A stretch of DNA of 64,000 bases, taken from Carcharhinus amblyrhynchos. Taxonomy: Eukaryota. The stretch lies in the NCBI GenBank assembly GCA_965287045.1, contig OZ336874.1, positions 17,298,001 through 17,362,000 on the forward strand. Direction: 5' to 3'. A program made the translations under genes and the position numbers. The notes beneath the pieces were generated by a model. The model made no database searches, was not told the origin of the DNA, and saw nothing but the letters and a program-made list of their open reading frames with translations. Numbering within the stretch: the stretch's first letter is position 1; every line of letters begins with the position of its first letter. Below are positions 52,595-64,000 of this stretch, piece after piece.

Positions 52595-52930
52595 TTTCAT
52601 AGACTTAGGCGAATGTTCTGAGGACATGGTTTCAAATCCCATCATAGCAGCTGGTGGAATTTAATTTTTTTTAGAAAAGCTAGTCTCAGTATGAAGCTAT
52701 CTCTGATTGTCATAACAACCCATCCAGTTCACTAACATGGTCTTTAGGGGAGGAAATCTGCTGCCCTTACCCGGTTTGGCCAACATGTGACTCTAGACCC
52801 ACAGCACTGTGGTTGACTCGTGACTGCCCTCTGGAATGGCTGAGAAGCTTCTCAGTTCAAGGGCAATTAGGGATAGGCAACAAAAGCTGACCTTTCCAGA
52901 GAGGCCCAGATACCATGAAAGAATCAATGA
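52595..52930 (+). mobile_element. tRNA-derived SINE (family 2)
   Basis: ggtttcaaatccc...ggaaatctgctgcccttacc...gggcaattagggataggcaa. Confidence 0.7.
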
Positions 52931-54625
52931 AAATGTTACTCTGCATGCACTGACCCACTGAACCTGCTATTGTGTACAGTGCACCCAGATTTCCCAGCTG
53001 AAAATTAAAAGGGCTAGCCAGCCAATATTTGTTTTGGCAAAGCAATACTGAGCATTCGATTTCTTGTTTTTTGGGGAAGCGGCAATCTTTTGGTGCATTT
53101 TCTGGTGAGATCTTAAATCCAGATCCTTCAGGTAGATGGAAAAGGTGTCACAGCAGTACTTTGAAGACAAGTATGGGAGTTCTCCCCAGTCTCTTGATCA
53201 GTATTCATCCCTCAACAACATCACTAAAGTGGATGGTTGGCTCATTTTCTCATTGCTGTTTGAGAGATTTTGCTGTGCGTAAATTGTTTGCAACAACAAC
53301 CAGATCACAAAAAGTGGTTACACTTGGAAGTGGAGAGCTGATTAGAAAACAGGAATATGAAAGAATTCTTTTTGGGAGGGGGGAGAGCAATGAATGGGAT
53401 TACACTGGTTACTCATGTAGAGAAAAACATCATGACGATCTTGATCAATCAACTATTTTTGTTTTGGGGCAATCAATAAGTCAATTAATGAAATTAAGTG
53501 TATTACTACACCTACATAACTCATGAATCTAAACTGAACTTGTGTGAATGTATATTGCAGCTGTTGCTATTTCTAAAAATACGCCACACTATTAGCTTCC
53601 ATTTAGTTTCTGCAAATAGCTTTGCGCTCAAAATATCCACTGCCCATGATGGTGGGAGAGTGTCTTGGGTTAAAGAGTCAAATATAAGGAATGTGCATTC
53701 TAATTTTGCGTACCACAATGGCCATTCAACTGTGGAGAGGCGAGATCCTAATTAACATAGTCAAATCTAATTGTCAGAGTGCAATCAGGAGTCTGGTTGA
53801 AACTGAAGTATAGGTTTCCTAACAGTCAGCAAACCTGGTAGTGAAACAACGGCAGGAGCTGCCAGTCCGACAAGAACTTTTCGTCATGCCCCACATGGGT
53901 CAGGAATGCTCCCCCAGCCACCACAAAGGAACAAACGTCTCAGCCTCTCATATCTGATCATGAGTCTCCTCTCAGGCTCCTGATTACCAATTGCTCTTTC
54001 CCTTCTTGTTCAAGCTCTCTTCCTCGTCCTGATAGTTGCAGATCTCTTTCCAGGAAGTTCAGGCTGTTAATTTGACAGTTGCTGGGCGGGAAACAGCGAT
54101 AAAACGTTAATGAAGTTCTGATGTTAAACTTCGCAGAATCATTGTATCAGGATCTTCTCATGTTTTTGGCCTCAATTGTACCCCACTATATATCCCTACG
54201 ATTACTGGAGCAAATGACTGACTAAACATATAACAGGTATATAGACTGGGTGGGACATTCCAGCTCTTCTTGCTGGCAGGATTACCCAGTCCTGTCAATG
54301 TCAAACCCTCACAGTGGGTTCCCCGGATATGAACAACAGAAAACCCTGTTGACAGCTGTGGGACTGGAAGATCTCACCATTGGCCAAAGTCATGAATATG
54401 CAAATATTTAAATAGTCAAATACCATGAACTAATTAGAAAGAAAACTTTAGATTTATTTCGAACTCAAAAAAGATACAGTATTAAACTGAGACTCAGATA
54501 TCAACTATGAATGTTTAATACGGCTCATATGTCTGGGAGACATAACTAGTGACTGGCTCAGGTCTTAGGCAATGCAACAAATACCTGCTTTCAGACTGAA
54601 AATCTCAAAAAACTGGTCATGTTAG

Positions 54626-54980
54626 GGGAGGCAGTGGTGCAATGGTATTGTTACTGGAACAGTAATCCAGAGATCCAAGGTAATGGTCTGAGGACCCAGA
54701 TTCAAATCCCATCATGACAGATGGTGAAACTTGAATTCAATAAAAATCAGGAATCAAAAGTCTAACGTTCACCATGAAACCATTGATTATTGCAAAAATC
54801 TGGTTCGCGAATGTCCCTGAGGGAAGGAAATGTGCCGTCTTTGCCTGGACTGGCCTACATGTGACCCCAGACCCACAGCAATGTGGTTGACTCTTAAATG
54901 TCTCTGAAACTCAGTTCAAGGACAATTAGGGATGGATAATAAATGCTGGCCTGCCAGTGACACCCACAGCCCAGTAATAA
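54626..54980 (+). mobile_element. tRNA-derived SINE (family 2), near full length
   Basis: ggaggcagtggtgcaatgg A box, gattcaaatccc B box, shared core and tail. Confidence 0.85.
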
Positions 54981-56022
54981 ATTTTTTAAAAAGATGGAGT
55001 AGAGAGGAATCAGTGATGTGAATGCTACCTGCACAAGGAGGTGGGCCTTGCAGCACTCAGTCAGTGCATTGACAATATCCTTCCTAGTCACCTTTATTCT
55101 TTGACCTTAATTTTTCCCTTCCTGTCCCCTTACTCAAAATTCACTGTCACATGTCTCCCAGTACCTGGTCCAAGATGTCATTCTTTATACTTAAGGTTAG
55201 GCAGCTTTTGTTGATAGGTTGTGATGTGTAAGGAGGAACCAAGCTAAACTGGCTCACATTGTCACTTGCCATTTACCCACGAATGCCTTCCAACAGCTGT
55301 TGAGGAGCACAAACTCATCTTTGTACTGAGACACTGAGACCAGCAAATCCAATACACATCAGCAATTTAACTAAGCTGTGGATGAATACATCTAACAGCC
55401 GAACCATCAGCATCTGGAGCAATAGCAAAATGAATGGCCCATCAATGAAGAGGGCAGAATAGAATGATGTTGGGATCACAGTGAAAGTGGAGATCAATGC
55501 TATATTTTATTAGCATTTAAATGAGCTGTCTCATATTTTAGATAGCTCTTTGACATTCATTTGCCAGAAGAAATCTTTATCAGTAGCCAGCTGACTTGAG
55601 AAGGTCATCAAAACTGTTTATCCAATGATAGCCTTGGATTTTTATAGGCAAATAAATTGTGTAATTTGCACATTGTTAAAGTAATAGATTTACAGCTTTG
55701 TTGCTGCTCTCTGCTGACACACACATTCCCACACTGATACATACCAGCTGAACATCTAGAGGAACTTTGTTATCTGTCATAAAGTAGACTGGAATACAAT
55801 ACTATCAATTTTTCCCTCCCAGTTTTCTTTCAACATCTCCTGAGCATAACGATGTCTGCTGGAACACAGTCTGTCTTGATAAGCATAGGCATGTTATTTG
55901 GCCATGAGGAGTATCACAGCTGATGCTGCTCTGCTGTGTTCCGACATTCACAATCCCTCTCTTCCACCAACATCCACAATCACCCTCTTCCAGCAGGAAC
56001 CAATGTTTACAAGTCAGGACAA

Positions 56023-56640
56023 TCCTCCTTCTTGTCACCCCGTGCCATCTTTGCCATCAAGGTGAAGGTTGAACTGTGCAGTTTCAGTGGGTATAAAATC
56101 TACCCGGGTCATGGGATGCGCTATGCTAAAATAGATGGGAAGGTTTTCCAGTTTCTGAATTCAAAATGTGAGCCTCCATGAGAAACCCTTGACAACTCAA
56201 CTGGACTATCTTGTATGGGCGCAAGCACAAAAAAGAGCGGTCTGAAGAGATTCAGAAAAGGCGCTCCTGTCCTGCAGTGAGGTTCCAACTGGCTATTACT
56301 TGTGCCTCTCTTCCTGAGATAATGGTTAGGAGGAATCAGAAGTCTAAAGTGCACAAGGCTCAATGTGAACAATCAGGGCTGCCAAGGCAGTTAAAAAAGG
56401 TCAAAGCTGCAATAAAGAAAGTCAGTGCAGCTACAGCTAAGGCTACTCAGAAGGCAGCACCCAAACAGAAGTTTGCCAAGCCAATGAAGTCTTAGGCTCC
56501 ACGTGTTGGTGGAAAATGCTAAATATCCCATGACCTGCAAACCCAATGGGCTGAATGACCTCCTTCTGCACTGTAGGATTCTACAATTCTATGATGTGCT
56601 GTTGATGTAAAATAAAACCCGAGTAGATTTTTTGTAAAAA
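56023..56640 (+). pseudogene. RPL24: Processed pseudogene of 60S ribosomal protein L24 (CDS remnant 56062-56522)
   Basis: Intronless [18 protein letters not shown]...KHKK...AAPKQK...APRVGGKC*; start codon is GTG, with frameshifts and internal stops; 5' pyrimidine tract; AATAAA at 56611 and a short A-run at 56636-56640. Confidence 0.96.
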
Positions 56641-59186
56641 TAGGTAGTCAACCTTGAGTTCAGGGACACTCGAGTCGAGATGCATGGACTCCATACCTGC
56701 AATATCTTGAGATCAGCTCATTTAGAACAGGGATCAAAGAAGCAATATTCCAGGGCTTTTGGACTCAGTACTACACCAGTTGGTATGTTCACCCACTGAG
56801 CCCCTGACAAAGCTCCCCATCTCGTGTACAACATCAAAAAAAAAGACCTCCAAGGAATCCTTGCCAATGAGGAGAAGGAAAGGAATGACTCTTAAAAACA
56901 AAAGCAAACCACAAACATGCATTTAAAGTAGATGAGGGCAGCTACTTGGATGGCTGAGTATCGAGTGGGTGAACATGTGAAGCCCAGAAATGACACATTT
57001 CACTTAACATTCGTATTAATTATAAATGTTGAAGTTAATACTCTATGCTGTTGCGTGACAAAGTTGCATCATCCAGGAGCACCAAGGGACAAAAACCACA
57101 AATCTAGAGTTAAACAGACAGCATAACCTTCCCCCTCAGCTCCTCCCTGACACTCTCCTCCACCACCCCTCCCTGCAGTTTCCTCCCCCTTCCTTCCTAA
57201 TCATGGACTCCTGCAGGGATATGGTTCCTTAGCCCAACAGACAGCATCGTCTCTCAAGGATTTTATGGAACTGCATTTTCGTGTCGGCTTTTAAAAAATA
57301 TTTTTCATTACATTTTAATAGTTATTGCACACATGATCAGGCAATGGAAAATGGTTAGTTCAAAAGTAAGCCATTTGAAAATTTATGGTCTGCTTTATAG
57401 CCCCAATGATGATGTGAGATGCATGCTAAGTGCATTGCAATTGTTATTTTTTTTCACAGCTGCAGGTGTTCACTTTTCAGACACCAATGGTTTCATGCAA
57501 TCCCTGCCATCACCTTGGCACTTTTCCAATGTACATCTGTGGGATTTATTTCTTATTCTGCTCCAATTATTTTTATTGCGCTGGAGGTTACAATGCAGCA
57601 TTAGAACTCGATCAAGCTAGCTTGTAGAATGTGCCGTGCCATCAAGGCAGGCTAAAACACTCAGTTAATATTCTGCTGCAAATTAACAGCTAAACAGACA
57701 AACACATTCTCAACAGCAAAAAATCCAGAAATAAGATTGAATTCCTTTGCTATTCATCAGGCTTTGGTTTTTCCTGTGAGGTCACAAGGGGCAGCAGCCA
57801 GGGCTAAGACTCACAAGGAACGTATTTCAAGAATTGGAGAGGGGGGAGCAAAGCTGTGATATTTAATTCGTTTGACCAGAAGCTTATACAAGCCACCAAT
57901 TTCTTGAGATGTTTCTCCCAAATAGCATTTCCAGATTATAGTGTTATCCTTACACTTATCCTTAAATGAAAGTTTGGCAAACTCTTCTAATCTAGTGTCA
58001 GTGAGTTTAATAATAAACACATTGCATCCTTAACATCTGATCATTCGTCATTGCTGTGGCCGTTTTTCTCTGGATAACAAAGACGCAGACAACTTTGAAA
58101 TACGAAATAGTGCTTCAGTGTGATCAGAGTGCTACATTTTGTGCTGTAGCAAAGTATATCGTTCACCACTACCACTCCCCTCTTTTTGTGCCTCTTTCAC
58201 GTGGGCTAGATAGAGTGGTCACCCACCAGTGGGGGAACATTGCACCAAATCCAATATAACCAAATTCAGAACTGTCTTTATTTACACAAGAGCACAATCA
58301 TTTCCTCTGGTTGGGGGACTCTAGCATGGTGGGTAGCTATAACTAGCTTTACAGCAGTTATTAAATGAGTTAACGGCACTACCAAAAGATCAGACAAGGT
58401 AATGTCATACAGATGCATTATGTAAATATGGTCTGCTAGATTACACTGGGTGTACACACTGAACATTCTGAAAATCACAGATTCAGTGTGTTGGTAGGCA
58501 CATATGTAATTCATGATACAATGAGGGACAAATTGGTCCATGTCAGCTTTCAGGCTGGAAGCAGGTGGCAATGTAAGCACCTGATGAGTCTTTTTGAAGA
58601 CCATATTGAGTGATTTGGGTAATTCAGTTGAGTGGCTTGGATCTGGTCTGCCTCCAAAGGCGGGCACCCCAAGACAAACCCTGGAAGTGGGGGGCTGCAG
58701 AAAATGAATGGGAAGGCCAAGCAAGGATTGAGAAGAGCACTTCCAGCTCTTCCTGGCTCTACATTAAGATCATAATTTTTTTCAAAACATAACTTTCTGT
58801 CAGCAATCGCTAGAAGGACCAGTGGCAAGGCCGATTATGTCAACGAGGTAATTCTGAGTGCAGCAGTCCCAGCACCTGCTCCATTCAGTATGAAAGATCA
58901 GATTATAAAACAGCAACACTTAACTTTAGGTAACTTCCAAAATCATCTCAATGGCTTGCAAACCAAAAGGCCCTGCGGACATTTCAGGCCCAGAAGGTTA
59001 GCCCCCTAGATTGGATCTCTGGGCCCCTCTTCTCTGACTGGAAACTGGAGCAGTGAGGTTCTATTTTCTCCATGCCTCCAGGATCAGGAGTGCAGCTCTC
59101 AAACTTTTCTAATAGAAATTGCTTTCAAAGCTGTGGGAATTGTTGGGAGCAGGACAAAAAACTTGGCTTTCCATCTAAAAAGGTCC

Positions 59187-59400
59187 ACAAAAGCAAATTA
59201 CTGCGGATGCTAGAATCTGAAACCGAAAGAGAAAATGCTGGAAAATCTCAGCAGGTCTGGAAGAGTAAAGAACTGACGTTTGACTTCCAGATGACCCTGT
59301 GTTTGACAAATGGTCATCGGGATTCAAAATACCAGCTCTTTCCTCTCCTTACAAACGCTGCCAGACCTGTGGAGATTATCCAGCATCTTCTCTTTTGATT
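59187..59400. mobile_element. 214-bp palindromic Penelope-derived element with an 11-bp TSD, inserted in a MITE
   Basis: TAAAAAGGTCC at 59176-59186 and 59401-59411; arms 59226-59260 and 59361-59396 are near-complementary. Confidence 0.75.
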
Positions 59401-61059
59401 TAAAAAGGTCCGTTGACCTCAGGCAGGAATTTTCGCTCCAGGGGCTGGCGTGACTGTAAAATCCCACCCAGTGTGACAATAACCAAAATCTACTTCGATG
59501 CCTCGAGCCCTCAGAGTTTAAAGCTCATTTGGGTATGCGCAATTTGCAGCTTTAGTTTAGTGATCGCTTTTTCCTTCTTCAACCATTGATCTATTTGAAT
59601 GGTACTGCCTATTAATACACGTCTTTTGCCATTTATTGTGATTAGATCAAGTCAGCTCCGGAAGAAACAACTTTATTTTTCACATCTTCCCAGTCACTTG
59701 CTGTAGCTTTAAGCTATTTTGTGGTGATGAGTTGGTAAAGCACTTACTCTAACTATATACACTGCACATGCAAGTTGATCTATCTTATGTTGAGATCAAG
59801 ATAACACTAATGGCCAAAGGAAAAAAAGAGTTGAATTGAGTGGAATTTAAAACTAAGTGCAGTCCATTCAGTCAGTGCTGACGCAAGTATTGCAATTCTG
59901 GCCATTATGCTCTTACAGTAATTCAGTGGTGACTGTTTTCTACACAGGCTGTGACACAAAAGCACCAAGCTTCTATATTTCAACATTAAGTAGAACAATT
60001 TCTCCATATGATTTTATTCCCTTTAAGTGAGCCCAGCTTGCTGGCCCACCAGACTTTTCTGGTTGAATTGATAACGCCACCGGCCTTTTACACCACTGCT
60101 GGATATGCTTCATTATCTTGGAAATGGTGTAAATATGCATTTGCTTCTGGGTTTTATTTCAAAAGTGGAGATGCCTGTGCAGCAACAGGACGTTCTAAAC
60201 TTCAGTTCAAAGTTTCAGTTCAGCATACAGCTTGCACCCACTTGTCTCCTCCCCTTGAACGGAGAGCCGAGAATTCTAGCATCAAGTTAATCACAAGAAA
60301 TGTCTGGAAAATTAATGCAGCATTAGGTAACAGTTTTCAGAAACACACGTGCACAAACACATGTAACATAGCATTACTAAATGACCTTTACTCAATCTGT
60401 ACTTGACACGCATCCCAATGACCGTGAATCTTTCAATGACTTATCAAACATTTTGGCATGCTGGTGTTATGACTGCAGTAAAGTTGTTTTGGAAAAATAC
60501 ATTTAGTATTTTATCAACTGTTTTTTTTGATAAGGGGTTTTCAGTCGCACAGCGGGAAGGAATCTGCTCTGTAAATGTTTTATCTAGCTTCTATTTCCTC
60601 ATAACTTGCAGCAATTGAAGAATTTGTTGGATGGCAGAAAATAACCTTGCTCAAAACAACTGCATATCTATGAACAGCAATTACTTGCTTTATTTTCTCT
60701 GAACTCCAACAATCTATCCTGTCATTGATATAGTTTGGTATACAAAAATAATTGGGAAGTAACTTCACAACCTACATATGGTGGAGAACACGGCATAAAC
60801 CAGGATACATAGCTAGAAAGACATGGGGAAATCAGAAATGAAGACTGTCACTTATACTGTAGAAGCATGCAATACCACTGTTCAGTTCCTCACCTGATGG
60901 CTGGCAGCCAGCTAGATTGACAGCTTCCTAATGGTCAGGCGGAGTCCATAGGACAAGGTAGGTCCATATCAGTGGAAGACATGAAGAAGCTATTCTAAAG
61001 ATGGTTTTCAATTCATTGGGAGGGTGAAGATGGTGGGAGGGTTTGGGGAAGAGGTTTCC

Positions 61060-61210
61060 TCACTAAAGGATGGATTTGCACCAGGTGGGTTTTTACGACA
61101 ATCAACCATGGTTTCCTGGTCATCATTAGACTTTTAATTCCAGATTTTTATCGAATTCAAAATCTCACATTTGCCGTGGTGGGATCTGACCTCTGGGTCC
61201 CTGAATTACT
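61060..61210 (-). mobile_element. Partial SINE (family 2) running into the gap
   Basis: ccatggtttcctggtcatcattagacttttaattccagatttt. Confidence 0.7.
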
Positions 61211-61342
61211 NNNNNNNNNNNNNNNNNNNNNNNNNNNNNNNNNNNNNNNNNNNNNNNNNNNNNNNNNNNNNNNNNNNNNNNNNNNNNNNNNNNNNNNNNN
61301 NNNNNNNNNNNNNNNNNNNNNNNNNNNNNNNNNNNNNNNNNN
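61211..61342. other. Assembly gap (132 N)
   Basis: Run of N. Confidence 1.
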
Positions 61343-62039
61343 ACTAACTTCCCTGCAACACTCTCCTCAGGATGCCCACCTGAAAAATCTCTCTCCTCCC
61401 ACCCTTCCTCCCCGACAACACATTGCTTTCCTGCGGATTGTGTCGCTTCTTGATCCTGTGACTCCAGTGCCGATCCTTCCAGCAGCACTACTGAACACAA
61501 GAATGCCAGATTGGTCAACACTTGTTGGCATTTTGCTGCTAGGGTCTGATTCCAGAGGAAGACCCAGGCATGGCCTTAACAGTGGCTAACTGGCTTGTGG
61601 TTCAGCAGGCTTTCTCAGAAAGAGGCGGTGCAGGTCAGCCTTCCAGCTGACAACTTCTCAATCAGATTCTGCTTGATGTGTAGACGTGCTGTGGCGCAGC
61701 TCAGTGGGGACCCGCTTCATGGTGTTTTGTTTCTGTTGAGGAATTTTACTTGACAGGAACACTGAGCAGAAACCTGTGGGCCTCAAAAGACTAACCAATC
61801 ATAATGGACTGACATTTGTAAAATTGGCTCGATAATAACAGAGATAATAAAGAACATACACTGCTCTCACAATAGTGTTTTACTAATTAATACAGTAACA
61901 GCGTTCGCCTCCTTTCAGGAAAAAATTGTGCCTCTGGCTTCCTGAATTTTCTTGGTCTCACAGTCTCTAATCCTTTCTACCCACCTATCTTGCAATGCAT
62001 TCTCTCTCCTTGTTTATGTGCTTTTCACATAATTCTTGC

Positions 62040-62256
62040 TGTTAGTTTAGCTCAGCTGGCTGGATGGCTGATTAGTACCAACAGCATGGGTTCAATTCCC
62101 ATACCGGCTGAGGTTAGCTATGAAGGCCTCACCTTCTCAATCTTGCCCTTTGCCTGAGGTGTGGTGATCTTCAGGTTAAGTCACCAACCGTCAGCTCTCC
62201 CCCTCAGAGGTGAGTATCCTATGGTCATTTGGGACTATGGCAACTTTACCTCTACT
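62040..62256 (+). mobile_element. tRNA-derived SINE (third family)
   Basis: tagctcagctgg A box and gggttcaattccc B box; matches 11200-11423. Confidence 0.75.
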
Positions 62257-62674
62257 GTTATCTTTACATTTCTCCATTCATGACCAACTTTTCTTCTTTT
62301 TCTCTCCCTCATTGTAAATTTCCCTGTTCCTCCCTTTCTGGGATTCTATCTCTTTTTACATCTCTGACATCTTGGACAGGATCTTCGCTCCTGAATCCCG
62401 TGCAGCCATCAGATGAAAGGTGAGTTGGGAGCCCGGACAGCAGGAATCCGAGGGAGATTTTCAAGCAGGCAGCCAAATAACATACCACCTCTGGGAGCCC
62501 TGTCCCAACTAAGGGCGGTGGGCTGATTCAGTGGGAGTGCATTCAGCAGTCCCATGTGGGAGAGCAAGAGGATGCATCAAGATGGATACACTCCTCTGAT
62601 GCCTTTGGAAAGTTAACGAGTAAAATGTGGCCACAGCTGCTAGACAAAAAGTGAGAAGGGGTCCACTCCAGTGA

Positions 62675-63528
62675 GCCTGTGGAAATTGCTGCTGCAGGTG
62701 GGATGGTGAAGGGGGTTTGGTGGGGTTTCAAATGAGGCATGACTGGTCTTTTGGCCTCCATCCCTCCAATGGCTTTGGCCTCAATGGGTGGCCCATTTAC
62801 CAGCAGGAACGTTCCAGACAGGTGCAAAACAGCATCTTCCAGTGGTACATTAAGTGGCCTGACTGGCTATCCTCCAGTAGCAGACAGGTGGCTGACACAG
62901 GCCCCTAACCATCCTGAAGCAGCGTCTCTCAAAATAGGCTGGAGGTGGGAACATAATGGCAGTCAGCAGCGAGAATTTGCCAGCATGCCCATCCCTGGAC
63001 CTGCCACCTTCAACGAATGTCTTCTCAGCCCAGTGGGTCCGATTTTAATTCTGTCCAAGAGAATGGGTTTTAAGGCAGTTAAAGTGTGGCCATTAATTCA
63101 TAGATTTATTCCAACAGCTGTTTTACTGCATGCTGAAGCTGGACTGATGTGTGGTGGATCGGGGTAACAAAAAGGAACTCCTATCGCTCACACAATGAAT
63201 GGTCAGTTTCCTGTTAGTCATTTTAAAAAAAGCTTCTGATGCTTTAGTCCACATTTTTAAAAAATGTTGGAATAAGTTGGAATTGTTAGCACCAGGATTT
63301 GGGGTGGGTTGGGGGCTGTGACGCCACTGGAGGATAGCCAATCAGGCCATTTAATGTGCCATTGGAGGATGCCGTTTTGCACCTGTCTGGAACTTTCCTG
63401 CTGTCAAATGGGCCACCACTGAGCCCAAAGCCATTGGATGGATGGAGGCCAAAAGACCAGTCATGCCTCATTTAAAACCCCACCAAAACCCCTTCATCAT
63501 CCCACCTGCAGCAGCAATTTCCACAGGC
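62675..63528. repeat. Long inverted repeat (arms about 62675-62887 and 63316-63528)
   Basis: gcctgtggaaattgctgctgcaggtgggatg... is the reverse complement of ...catcccacctgcagcagcaatttccacaggc. Confidence 0.95.
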
Positions 63529-64000
63529 AGAGTGTGGCAATGTGCTTCTTCGGCAATTTCAGATCACCTAACCAGTGTGAGCAAAAGGTGGCATCTTTGA
63601 ATTGCATCCTGGGATCCCAGACAACCAAAGTGACAAGCAAGAGGGCAGCAATGGCACATTCCCGCTCACTGTCCTGAGCCTCTCGATTGAGAATGAAAAC
63701 ACGTATGCTGTGGGAATGTAGCAGAACTACACTCCAGAGAGGGGCAAAGGTTATGGAGGGAAATGTTGTAGAATTTTCAAACACACGTACAGAATGGGGA
63801 AGTTTAATGGTTTTGTCATAATTTTTAAAACTGTTTGTTCATTATGCTGGAAAATATCACTCCCAAGTTACAGTCAGAGATCAAGAGAATCCCCACAGAA
63901 TTTCAGGGTTGTTGTTTTTAGAACCCGAGTACATAGTCTAAGTGAGTGAGCGAGGGTCTGGCAGATGGAGTACAATGTTGGTAAACGTGAGGTCATCCAT

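Larger units (their letters stand above)
19606..64000 (-). other. PTPRD: Part of the very large intron preceding the Ig2 exon
   Basis: No Ig1 exon is recognisable in more than 44 kb; a very long intron here is expected for PTPRD. Confidence 0.75.

Noticed and set aside
62717-63471. Two similar short ORFs (MRHDWSFGLHPSNGFG) on opposite strands
   Set aside because: A by-product of the inverted repeat, not duplicated genes.
1-64000. CRISPR arrays, operons or other prokaryotic systems
   Set aside because: The sequence is a spliceosomal vertebrate gene; no regularly spaced repeats or long uninterrupted ORFs.

Overview
Vertebrate genomic DNA; the repeat content (HE1-like V-SINEs, Deu-domain SINEs, CR1 LINEs) points to a shark. 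The whole window lies inside one minus-strand gene, a LAR-family receptor tyrosine phosphatase most consistent with PTPRD. Four large coding exons are present: Ig2 first half 19420-19605, Ig2 second half 16063-16173, Ig3 12627-12896 and FNIII-1/2 10421-11002. Two neural microexons are also present, meA3 (9 nt, 18309-18317) and meA6 (18 nt, 17689-17706); together they encode ESFGGTPIR. I could not find the expected 12-nt meB microexon, which may lie in the assembly gap at 14723-14878. The rest is intron carrying SINEs, CR1/RTE/Rex-Babar LINE fragments, an internally deleted Gypsy remnant, palindromic MITEs, Penelope-type short elements with minimal hammerhead-ribozyme cores, a long inverted repeat and an RPL24 processed pseudogene. 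No new biological system can be proven from sequence alone. The best leads are the microexon module in an apparently transposon-free zone, the hammerhead-bearing short elements, and inverted LINE copies flanking an all-phase-1 exon block that could circularise into a stop-free ORF. Repeat boundaries are approximate, repeat family names come from recognition rather than a database search, and comparisons with human proteins are from memory.
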